DNA from: Octopus sinensis
Taxonomy: Eukaryota
DNA length: 64,000 nucleotides
Assembly (NCBI RefSeq): GCF_006345805.1
Contig: NC_043004.1
Location: 106,640,001 to 106,704,000, forward strand
Direction of reading: 5' to 3'
In this document: positions 1-11,696 of the stretch, one piece after another
Numbering within the stretch: the first letter of the stretch is position 1
Layout of the letters: the number at the start of each line of letters is the position of its first letter
The notes under the pieces: model-generated
Told to the model about the DNA's origin: nothing
What the model saw: only the letters and a program-made list of their open reading frames with translations
Databases searched by the model: none
Position numbers and translations under genes: made by a program

Positions 1-59
1 TCTGGTAAGGGGAAAATCTATAGAAGCGACTGAATATAACATACTGTTGTGTATTGTAA

Positions 60-222
60 AGATGTAACACGTGCGCGCGCGCACCTCCTATGTTTCCGAT
101 GAAGAGCTCCGCTCGAAACGTTAAACCCTCCTTCTTTTCTTCTTTCCTGAGCGTCCAATAATACTATATTTGTTCCACGTCCTCGCGTTGTTGTGTTTTT
201 TTGTGCTTTCTTGTTTGGATTA

Positions 223-226
<4 letters not shown>
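60..226 (+). mobile_element. Penelope-like 3' tail variant
   Basis: Contains gatgaagagctccgctcgaaacgtt, the same architecture as the tails at 800-835 and 49632-49667. Confidence 0.5.
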
Positions 227-290
<64 letters not shown>

Positions 291-296
291 AATAAA

Positions 297-700
297 GGCG
301 GAGGAGTGGCTGTGTGGTAAGTAGCTTGCTTACCAAACGTATAGCTCTGGGTTCAGTCCCACTGCGTGACTCCTTGGGCAAGTGTCTTCTACTATAGCCT
401 CGGGCCAATCAAAGCATTGTGAGTGGATTTGGTAGACGGAAACTCAAAGAAGCCCGTCGTATATATTTATATATGTACATATATATATGGGTGTGTGTGT
501 GTGTGTGTATACGTTTGTCTCCCCATCGCTTGACAACCGATGCTGGTGTGCTACGTCCCCGTAACTTAGCGGTTCGGCAAAAGCGACCGATAGAATAAGT
601 ACTGAGCTTACAAAGAATAAGTCCTGGGGTCGATTTGCTCGAATAAATGCGGTGCTCCAGCATGGCCGCAGTAAAATGATTGAAACAAGTAAAAGAGTAA
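297..700 (+). mobile_element. tRNA-derived SINE family A with internal microsatellite
   Basis: Head ggagtggctgtgtggtaag...ggttcagtccc; tail gcagtcaaatgactgaaacaagtaaaagag. Other copies at about 1155-2005, 3075-3510, 4583-5045, 8790-9235 and 19705-20110 (+), and 23515-24343, 30655-31075, 40310-40680 and 52165-52760 (-), plus many fragments. Confidence 0.85.
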
Positions 701-1015
701 TCTATATAGTCAGAATTTACAAAAAAAAAGGAAAAGACGAAGACGGGTGTGTAAACTACAAACACATGAATTAGTTTAACGCTCGGGAAGTGAGAAAGTC
801 TTTTACGTTTCGAGCCTACGCTCTTCGACAGAAAGGAACATAGAAATAAACAAGGAGAGAAAATAAAAAAAGGTATAGTGGCTAGCGATCTATCAAGGCG
901 AATGCCGGGCAGATGGGTCACACAGGCGAGCTGGGAAGAAGGAGAGATAATAAATAAATAAGCTATGATGGAATTTCAGTACCGGTTTCAGTCATTGAGA
1001 CTTTTTCAACTGTAT
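700..1015 (-). mobile_element. Penelope-like 3' tail fragment
   Basis: Reverse complement is similar to 49555-49760 (ttcctttctgtYgaagagcgtaggctcgaaac.taaaagactttctcac). Confidence 0.7.
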
Positions 1016-1258
1016 GTATGTAAAACAATCAAATTTTGGAAAAATTAAAAGAAAAGTTTTTTAAAACAATATTTGTATAGTGTTCAAATACAAAGAGCAT
1101 TTTCCTTGTTTCTGCCTGTCTCTGTCTCTTTTGTTTACTCTTGTCAAGAGTACTTTGGGTAAGTGTCTTCTGCTATTGCCTCGGGCCAACCAAAGCCTTG
1201 TGAGTGGATTTGGTAGACGGTAACTGAAAGAAGCCCGTCGTATATATATATATATATT

Positions 1259-1302
<44 letters not shown>

Positions 1303-1370
1303 TGTATGTATGTATGTATGTATGTATGTATGTATGTATGTATGTATATATATATATAATATATTATATA

Positions 1371-1409
<39 letters not shown>

Positions 1410-1410
<1 letters not shown>

Positions 1411-1793
1411 TATAAAGTTGAAGTTGTCTGTGTATGGCAGGTTTGGTAGCCTTCAACTAACACTATCTCCTCCGAGACCCTGAGGCGCAAGTTAACCAAT
1501 AATGATAGTATGATAGAAGAAGGCTTGCTCTTCCTTCCGTAGAACAAAAAATTCAAATCGGACCATGTTAACACCAAAAATTATTTACATGAAAAAGGTG
1601 CTTTTTTTCTATGAAAATCCCTATTTTTTTACGATTTTTTGACTGCTGCGTCGCCGTTTTTCGGTGGATTTCAACCAGAAAAATGTTCACTTAAAGAGAA
1701 TAACAAGCTACATAATGCAAAATTTTTACTTTTCAAAAATTCCAATTCTAAAGGGTCGAAACAAACCCGAGCAACGCCGGGCGATACTGCTAG
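1410..1793 (+). mobile_element. Non-autonomous Helitron-like element
   Basis: 3' hairpin CCCG-AGCAACGC-CGGG (1766-1781) followed by CTAG|T (1790-1794). The 5' end emerges from a (TA)n tract and is approximate. Confidence 0.65.
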
Positions 1794-1952
1794 TGTATGT
1801 ATATGTCTCTGTGTCTGTATTTGTCCCCCACCATCACTTGACAACCGATGTTGGTGTATTTACGCCCCCATAACATAGCGGTTCGGCAAAAGAGATCGAT
1901 AGAGTAAGTACTAGGCTTACAAAGAATAAGTCCTGGGGTTGATTTGTTCGAC

Positions 1953-2397
1953 TAAAGGCGGTGCACCAGTATGGCCGCAGTCAAATGACTGAAACAAAAA
2001 TTAAAAAATGATATATCTTATATATAAATGGTAATTTCTGTCTGCCTGTTATCATCATAGTGCCTAAACCAGCGAATCAATATTCTCGAAACTTTGCATA
2101 CATGTTACACTAACATCCAGCTCAATAATAGGCTAATTGGATTTCAATAAAAGTCTACAATGTGCCCCCACCCAGTGAGGTTGGGAGAATTATATGATAA
2201 AATGAGAAGAGTGCAAAAAGTATAAGTCTGAGAGAAACGCAGTAGCAGAGTGGGGATGACTTATATCAGGGAAGGCGAGAACAGCATTATGTAAGTGGTA
2301 AATATTGAGTGGCAATGGTATGAAAATGTTAATACAGCTGTCATATTCCCGTGACGCTGCAAACATACTTTCGTAAATACATAGATACAACACATAC

Positions 2398-2443
<46 letters not shown>

Positions 2444-3233
2444 ACACACACACACACACACAGAGGATTTGGAAGCTGGCATTTTCTACATTTCTGCATG
2501 GTAGCTGTCTATCACAAAACGAAAGCAAAATCATTAAGAGGAGGAATTTTTATTGAACAAACAAAAGCGAAGCATTACGACGACCAAAGTTGTAAGAACT
2601 TTTGAGGTTTAATGAATAAAGTCATGTAAAATGGCTGAACTGACATGCAAATAATTCAAAAAGAAAAAATCCTCAACGAAGTTTTTTTGCAAAAAATTGC
2701 ATAAATCTGTCCTGATCAAAAGGACTGTTTTTCAGGGTCTGACATGGAATAAACCAAAATTTATATAAGACATTCTATTGTAAAAATTGCTTGGCAATGA
2801 CAGGCTATTCAGTTAGTATACATACATGTATATATACTACGTGTGTGACTCTTTATCCAATGTGTCTCCTCTTGCTCTCTGTATTCCATTTGGAATAAGC
2901 GGAACAAGGGGAGACGCATGAGATAAAAGAGTCTCTGAAGAGGTCACAAAATTAGTGATGAAAGAGCTTTGACTTCTATGCATACTATGAATATTCTAAA
3001 CTCCAATATATATTACACTACAAATGTATTATAGTAATGCATATATATATATCATCATCATCATCATAGGCATAGGAGTGGCTATGTGGTAAGAAGCTTG
3101 CTTGCCAATCACATGGTTCCAGGTTCAGTCCCACTGCATGGCACCTTGGGAAAGTGTCTTCTACTATAGCTTCGGGCCGACCAATGCCTTGTGAGTGGAT
3201 TTGGTAGACGGAAACTGAAAGAAACCCATCGTA

Positions 3234-3303
<70 letters not shown>

Positions 3304-4739
3304 GTGTGTGTGTATATGTTTGTGTGTCTGTGTTTGTCCCCCTAGCATTGCTTGATAACCGATGCTGGTGTGTTATGTCCCCATAACTTAGCGGTTCGAC
3401 AAAAGAGACCAATAGAATAAGTACTAGGCTTACAAAGAATAAGTCCTGGGGTCGATTTGCTCGACTAAAGCGGTGCACCAGTATGGCCGCAGTCAAATGA
3501 CTGAAACAAAAATTAAAAAAAATATATCTTATATATAAATGGCAATTTCTGTCTGCCTGTTTATCATCATAGTGCCTAAACCAGCGAATCAATATTCTCG
3601 AACTTGCATACATTTACACTAATCCCGCTCAATAATAGGCTAATTGGATTTCAATAAAAGTCTACAATGTGCCCCCACCCAGTGAGGTTGGGAGAATTAT
3701 ATGATAAAATGAGAAGAGTGCAAAAAGTATAAGTCTGAGAGAAACGCAGTAGCAAGTGGGGATGACTTATATCAGGGAAGGCGAGAACAGCATTATGTAA
3801 GTGGTAAATATTGAGTGGCAATGGTATGAAAATGTTAATACAGCTATCATATTCCCGTGACGCTGCAAACATACTTTCGTAAATACATAGATACACACAC
3901 ATACACACACACTCGCGCGCACACACACACACACACACAACACCGCACACACACACAACACACACACACACACACAGAGGATTTGGAATGCTGGCATTTT
4001 CTACATTTCTGCATGGTAGCTGTCTATCACAAAACGAAAGCAAAATCATTAAGAGGAGGAATTTTTATTGAACAAACAAAAGCGAAGCATTACGACGACC
4101 AAAGTTGTAAGAACTTTTGAGGTTTAATGAATAAAGTCATGTAAAATGGCTGAACTGACATGCAAATAATTCAAAAAGAAAAAATCCTCAACGAAGTTTT
4201 TTGCAAAAATTGCATAAATCTGTCCCGATCAAAAGGACTGTTTTTCAGGGTCTGACATGGAATAAACCAAAATTTATAAGACATTCTATTGTAAAAATTG
4301 CTTGGCAATGACAGGCTATTCAGTTAGTATACATACATGTATATATACTACGTGTGTGACTCTTATCCAATGTGTCTCCTCTTGCTCTCTGTATTCCATT
4401 TGGAATAAGCGGAACAAGGGGAGACGCATGAGATAAAAGAGTCTCTGAAGAGGTCACAAAATTAGTGATGAAAGAGCTTTGACTTCTATGCATATTATGA
4501 ATATTCTAAACTCCAATATATATACACTACAAATGTATTATAGTAATGCATATATATTATCATCATCATCATCATAGGCATAGGAGTGGCTATGTGGTAA
4601 GAAGCTTGCTTGCCAATCACATGGTTTCAGGTTCAGTCCCACTGCATGGCACCTTGGGAAAGTGTCTTCTACTATAGCTTCGGGCCAACCAATGCCTTGT
4701 GAGTGGATTTGGTAGACGGAAACTGAAAAACCCATCGTA

Positions 4740-4795
<56 letters not shown>

Positions 4796-4974
4796 TATAG
4801 TATATCTATATATGTGTGTGTGTATATGTTTGTGTGTCTGTGTTGTCCCCTAGCATTGCTTGATAACCGATGCTGGTGTGTTTATGTCCCCATAACTTAG
4901 CGGTTCGACAAAAGAGACCAATAGAATAAGTACTAGGCTTACAAAGAATAAGTCCTGGGGTCGATTTGCTCGAC
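1953..4974 (+). repeat. Direct tandem duplication, two units of about 1.51 kb (1953-3465, 3466-4974)
   Basis: Unique-looking sequence (e.g. gtctacaatgtgcccccacccagtgagg at about 2153 and 3661) is repeated at about 1510-bp spacing. Confidence 0.95.
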
Positions 4975-7815
4975 CAAAGGTGGTGCTCCAGCATGGCTGC
5001 AGTCAAATGACTGAAACAAGTAAAAGAGTAAAGAGTAAAGAGTAATCATCATCATCATCATTGTGATCATGATTTAACCTTCACATTCCATGCTGGCATG
5101 AGCTGGACAGAAGCTGGCTAAGTAGAAGACTGCACCAAGCTTCAGTGTTTTGGCATGGTTTTTCTGGGCTAGATGCCCTTCCTAACACTAACCACCCCAC
5201 AGAGTGGTTGAGTGCTTTTTACGGGGCACCAGCACAGACAAGGTCAGTTTTGGCATATCTTCACCGTATCCCTGTCACTTGCCGAAGGTACTACTCCAGT
5301 CTCCAGACAGAAGGGTGACTTATTCTTCCTTTTCGCAGTCGGCCACTGACGTCATTGCTGCTACAGATCAAGAGCAGGCTTTGTAACCCACATCTCAGCC
5401 TGTCAGATATGATTACTGAACAATGTTGACCTATGATGGACAACCAAAGAAGATATATATAAATTATACTACTGTGCATATGGTATGGTATACAATGACT
5501 CATTTGGCCTAATATCAATTATGGATTTACTTGTAAGGTTAACACTGGTGACTGTAGGATTATATTTGTCACTGTCCTGGTAAGCTTTCAGGGCTGTTTA
5601 CTAAGCAATTATCTACAGTTCCACTGATAAACACAATCTGTTAGTTATCAACGTATTATCATAGTAAATGTAGAGAGGTTTGTCAATGAGAAAACTTCAC
5701 TGATTTTTTTTTTCTTTTTCTTTTTTTTATTTCCTTTGATGAAATGTTCTTGTTACTGATAATTTTTAAGTGTCAGAAATTCCATAGATAAATAATTTTT
5801 TTGTTTATTACTATTATTCATATACACACAACAGATTAGACTGTTGGAAAAGAAAAATCCCTCACATCGAGCTTCAACAAGTAATCTTAGAAGCCAAGAA
5901 CCCTCCTAAGTATCCTAGTTGTCCCTAATAACACTGTTGTCTGGAGCTGTACTAAACTGGGTTTTATGCTTATTTCTTCTATCCATCTGTTCAAATCTTT
6001 AGGGACACTAAATTCTCATTATTCAGTGTCCAAGCATTGCTGACTTGTGGGGCTATGTCAAACAGCTGCTGTTATGTGTGGGACAGATCCATCTGTCAGC
6101 CGAGTCTGTAGTGATGATTGCACTGCCGCCCCCCTTCAATCGGGCAGGCAAGGCAGTTTTCCTTTGCCTGGTGGCTGTGGCAAAAGAGGTTGTTTGGTAG
6201 ACAAGGCTGAGAGGCATCAGGAGAGATACATTCCACTGTGATCGAGCTCTCATTGACTTCTTCATGTTTCACTTGAAAAGGAAATCGAGAGTGGAGAGTG
6301 AAGTGCTGTCCTTGAGTGAGTTTATTGAAATGTGGATGAAAGTTGCAATAATGGAAAGAGTGTAGACCTGTGAGTGAGAGAGAAGGAGTTGGAGAGGGCA
6401 CTTGCTCCTGGGGTTTCAGAGAAATCTCAGACGGTGGGATTCCTTGATTATCCCTAGAGGCCTTCCTGAATCAGGAGGGCCACATCTCTATCATACTCCA
6501 AGTCACTTTGTTTTAAAACCTTTGTAGGCTATGCTTATGTCCCTATGCATATGACTGATAGAATACGTACTAGGCTTACAAAGAATAAGTCCTGAGGTCG
6601 ATTTGCTCGAATAAAGGCTGTGCTCCAGCATGGCAGCAGTAAAATGACTGAAACAAGTAAAAGGGTAAAGAGTAAAGAGAATAAATACCTATACTTAGAT
6701 ATAAAAAAAATTCAGTGCAATTAAAAAAATGTGTCTCCAACACATTTTTTTATTTCACTTTTTTTTAAAAAAAAACAAAAACACTCATGCAATTTACCAT
6801 TTGTACTTTAGTACTTTGGGGTATCTGGCAATGGGACAAAAAATGAAACAAAAATAACTATGTCGTCTCCACTTCCTGTGATAATTTAAGCATGTATTTA
6901 TAGCATTTAATAGTTAATCCAGGCCTGCTTGATGGAATGGAAAGATAGCGTCCCTCCCACAACACTTCAAATGAAGCTCAAATGTGTCTGATAAACCAAT
7001 CTCCAATAGCAAAACAAGGCTACTGACAGCAGAGATAATAATTTTATCATAAATAGTTTTGTTTTTGCTTTGAGAATGGAAGAGGTAGTACTCATTTTTT
7101 TTCATTCTTTTTTTTTTCATTTTCACTCTTTTCTTTTTATCATAAGAGATTCCAGTTTTTCAATTTTCAATTTTCTTCTTCAGCATTTATTGAATTCTGT
7201 TCTTTATCGTTGGTTTTTTGATAATTTTAATTCTCAGTTTCACACGACATAGCTCTTAACTGAATAAGAGAAATTCATTTCTACTAATTATTGTTTAGCA
7301 GGCTTTAGTTCATTTATAATTAGAGTAGAATCTAGAATCTGAGGAAGCTAGAAACTGTCTGGATTGGATTGGATTGGGTTGCCCATGTTCACAGCAGGAC
7401 GAAGGCCTCAGCATTTTCCCTCCACCAACCATGGTGGTCTGATGTGGAGGTTGTGAATTTGAGCTTGAAATCATACAGATTTGACGAGCATACTCTGCCA
7501 CACTGGCTCACCATGGCTTGGCAGAGGCATGCAGTTTTATACTTGTGGCTGTGTGGTAAGAAGTTTGCTTTCCAACCACATGTTTCTGAGTTCAATCCAC
7601 TGCATAACACCTTTAAGTAAAGCTAGATAATGTAGCCTAGATACTCCTAAAATTAATAATCTCTTTTATCTCTTTTACTTGTTTCTGTCATCAGACTGTG
7701 GCCATGGTAAGGCAGCATGTTGAAGAATTTTTTAGCAGAATGAGACCTTGAGCAAATGCATTCTAGTACAACAAAAGCCTTGTGAGTAGATTTAGTAGAC
7801 AGAAACTGAAAGAAG

Positions 7816-7889
<74 letters not shown>

Positions 7890-8703
7890 CGTGCGTGGTG
7901 TGTGTGTGTGTGTGCGTGCGTGTGTGTGTGTGTGTGTGCACGCCTTTGGATTTGTGTTTGAAACCCCCCACCATTGCTTGGCAACCAGTGTTGGTGTGTT
8001 TACGTCCCCATGACTTAATTGGATTGGATAAGTATTTTTATATTTGTTATATTAAGTGATTTTTTTTTAGAATAAAATATTAACAATTTCAATGTGTATG
8101 TCCATCTTATCAAAGGTTAAAAATTCAAAGTCAAGGATTAGAAAATGAAAAAAAAATTGGAAATTAAAACAGTTTGTTCTCATATTTTCTGTGTAGTTAA
8201 AAACATGTCTAGCTATGCATTTGTCTGTGTCTACACTCTAACAATTTACTCATGAAACGATTTGCAGAAGAATAAATTTTCTCTCAGAAGGTAGTGAACT
8301 ATCAGACAAAAATGAATAAGGGGAGGGGAAAAAACTCTGTAAAGATAGATTACCTCAATTGAATTACGTACCTTGACAGGAGGAGGGGGGAATTATGTAC
8401 CTTGACAGGAGGAGGGGGAAGGGGTAATTATGTACCTTGACATTGAATACTAAATGTTTTTCTCGTAGTGTGCATTTTTTAACGTTAGTTTTGCACTTTA
8501 TTCATTCTAGTTGTGTAGCCAAAAGCTAGAGCTTTCCGTGTTTTATAGTAATAAGAAGTTGGGAACAGTATCTACTCTTGGGTTGAACCAGACAAAATCC
8601 CTGTAATATACTGAAGTTTATGGAGTTGATATACTCACCCTGTCTTTGTAGATGATTATATTTTTTGCTCTGTATCTCTTTCTCCCCCCACCACCACATC
8701 TCC

Positions 8704-8737
<34 letters not shown>

Positions 8738-8789
8738 TTTATGTCGGTAAAGTGTGTATTATGACGATCTTTCGAACTTTGTGCATATA

Positions 8790-8931
8790 GGTGTAGGAGT
8801 GGCTGTGTGGTAAGTCCCCTGCTTACCAACCACATGGTTCCGGGCTCATTCCCACTGTGTGGCATTTTGGGCAAGTGTCTTCTACTATAGCCTCAGGTGA
8901 GTGGATTTGGTAGATGGAAACTGAAAGAAGC

Positions 8932-8990
<59 letters not shown>

Positions 8991-9235
8991 GTATATGTGT
9001 GTGTATATGTCTGTGTGTCTGTGTTCGCCCCCCCCCTCCCCAACATCGCTTGACAACCGATGCTGGTGCGTTTGTGTCCCCATAACTTAGCAGTTTGGCA
9101 AAAGCGACCAATAGAATAAGTACTAGGCTTACAAAGAATAAGTGCTGGGGTCAATTTGCTCGACTAAAGGCGGTGCTCCAGCATGGCCACAGTCAAATGA
9201 CTGAAACAAGTAAAAGAGTAAAGAGTAAAAGAGTA
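8790..9235 (+). mobile_element. SINE family A, full-length
   Basis: Same head, internal (TA)n and tail as 297-700. Confidence 0.85.
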
Positions 9236-9501
9236 TAATATGGTAGATAGAGTGAAACAAACTGTACCAGGTGGAGATGAGGAGTAAACAAATAATCCTT
9301 GATTTATTTCATTTTAATGGTTTTTATCTTTATTTTAGTTAAACTAAAAGTTTTCACTGCAAAAACTACAAAAGCCTCACAATCACTCTCTTATACATAC
9401 ATAGCTATGTATTCTATGTAAAGGTACACATAACACATACACACGCAAGGGTAATTAGTGGGCCTGCCTTTCGTCAATCATGCTTGTTTCCCCTTTCTCT
9501 C

Positions 9502-9532
<31 letters not shown>

Positions 9533-11019
9533 CTTCTTCTTCTTCTTCTTCTCCTACTTCTTCATCGTCAGGGCAGCAAGCTGGCAGAATCGTTAGCATA
9601 CCAGTCAAAATACCTTGTAACATTTCATCCATGTTGACAATCTGAGTTCAAATCCCACCACAATTCACTTTGCCTTTCATCCTTACAGGGTCGATGAAAT
9701 AAATAGTAGTTGAGCACTGGGGTCAATATATTCGACGTACCCCCTCATCAAAAGTTTCTGACTTTCTGCCTTTAGTAGAAAGGATTATCTTTTTAATCTT
9801 TTAACTTTGGTTTTGTTGGAACTCCTGGAATCTTGCATGAGTTGTAGGTTTGCTAAACGTAGTGTATGGTACCATGCTGTTTGGAGGTAAACATTTTGCG
9901 AGAGCTCTACAGGGTACTCTGTTCCCATCTTATTTATATTCCTTTAAATATCTTTTGATACTGGCCCCGAGGCCTCAACAATAATTGGCACTGTCTTTTC
10001 TTTTTTATCTTGCACTTGTCTCAGTCACTAAACTGCGATGCTGGGGCACTGCCTTAAAGAATTTTAGTCGAATGACTTAACCCCAGGACATATTTTTTGT
10101 AAGCCTGGTACTTATTCTATCAGTCTCTTTTGCCAAATCACAATTTTTGGAATGGAGACACACCAACACCATTTGTCAAGTGGCAGTGAGGGACAAATAC
10201 AGACATAAAGACACATGTAGACATATCATCATCATCATCATCGTTTAACGTCTGCTTTCCATGCTGGCATGGGTTGGATGGTTCAACTGGGGTCTGAGAA
10301 GCCAGAAGGCTGCACCAGGCCCAGTCTGATCTGGCAGTGTTTCTACAGCTGGATGCCCTTCCTAACACCAACCACTCTGTGAGTGTAGTGGGTGCTTTTT
10401 ATGTGCTTTTTATATATGTATATATACAACAGGCTTCTGTTAGTTTCTGTCTACCAAATCCACCCACAAGACTTTGGTCAGCTAAGGCTATAGGAGAAGA
10501 CACTTGCCCAAAGTGCCATGCTATGGGACTGAACCCAGAACCATGGTGCTATGTAGAGGGATTGAATCCAAAACCACGTGATTGGAAAGCAAACATAACC
10601 ATGCCAAAGCCTATGTATAGGTAAACAATGTAAATACATCCTAATCTCTGAGATTTTTAAGGGTCAAGGCTTAGCTTCAGTTTTATAAAGCTAAGCTAAA
10701 TCTTCCCCAGGATAAAGTGTGGAATATCTGTGATTAGGTTTTTTATGATGATAATAGTAGCTTTAAAGACTACAGCAACAATGCTATCTCACAAGGGGGT
10801 TTTTAAGTGGTGGCTTGGCATGCTAGAAATAGCATCCTAGCATCTGTAAAAGAGAGGGATAATTACATATGGTAGCCCTAGATACACAATTCCCATCAGA
10901 TGGATAGGATAGATAGCCATGGTTGGAACACCTTTTATCTTAAATCTGATTGGTCAGATTGGACCTGATTGGACCTACCGGAAGTTAAACAATAACATCA
11001 TCATCATCATCATCATCGT

Positions 11020-11450
11020 TTAGCATCCGCTTTCCCTGCTGGCATGGGTTGGCTGGTTTGACTGAGGGCTGGCAAGCTAATAGGCTGCACCAGGTTCCAA
11101 TCTGATCTGGCAAAGCTTCTACAGCTGGATGCCCTTCCTAACACCAACCACTCCGAGAGTGTAGTGGGTGCATTTTACATGCCACTGACATGGGAGCCAG
11201 GTAGGCAGCAGTGGCAACAACCACACTCAAATGGTGCTTTTTACGTACCAGTGGCATGAGACCAGTCAGCTGGCACTGGCATCGACCATGCTCGAATGGT
11301 ACTTTTTACATGCCACCAGCATGGGAGCCAGTCAGGTGGCACTGTCATCGACTTTGCTCAAATAGTGCTTTTTATGTACCACCAGCATGGGTGCCAATCA
11401 GGCAATACTGTCATCGACCACGACAATGACTTCACTTGACTAAAATGAAA
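11020..11450 (-). mobile_element. Retroposon family B with (GAT)n tail and an internal 66-bp tandem array
   Basis: Minus-strand end gcatggaaagcggacgttaaacgatgatg. Related copies at about 5050-5250, 10230-10410 and 21610-21860, and in opposite orientation at 12200-12310 and 29310-29460. Confidence 0.7.
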
Positions 11451-11605
11451 ATGCTAACTAGAATGTTCGTTCTTTCAGCAAAACTTTAATCTTTAAAAAA
11501 TATGAAAAACCAACAAACAAAAAAATAATGAAAGAGACAGAAAATATCTGGAATTGGTGTTGAAAATGAAGTAGCAGGTCCTGTTTCCAATTCTAGTTCA
11601 AACAA

Positions 11606-11696
11606 TCAAGCTAAGTCAGTTACTGACGTTAGGTGATGTATAACACCAGTTCCAACAACATCAGAAATGGTATTCACAGTTACACCCATTCGATTC
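11606..11696 (-). CDS. SLC1 last coding exon, TM8 (NRMGVTVNTISDVVGTGVIHHLTSVTDLA*)
   Basis: Acceptor TTTTTATTTCACAG|G. Collinear with EAAT [23 protein letters not shown]; TGA at 11608-11606. Confidence 0.88.

Noticed and set aside
5291-5518. Minus-strand ORF containing DRLR, resembling SLC1 TM8
   Set aside because: There is no acceptor in the needed phase and no downstream N/D motif. The true TM8 exon is at 11606-11696.
6096-6270. GC-richer, Cys-containing minus-strand frame after a polypyrimidine/AAG acceptor; possible extra SLC1 C-terminal exon
   Set aside because: No phase-compatible donor was found in exon 8, which has its own stop, and no recognisable homology.
8361-8443. Three copies of aatta(t/c)gtaccttgaca(ggaggagggg), superficially array-like
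   Set aside because: There are no unique spacers and no cas genes in this eukaryotic context; it is a short local tandem repeat, not CRISPR.
9187-9215. SINE family A tail agtc-aaat-gact-gaaac, resembling hammerhead stem II + GAAA
   Set aside because: There is no upstream CUGANGA-like core and no stem I.
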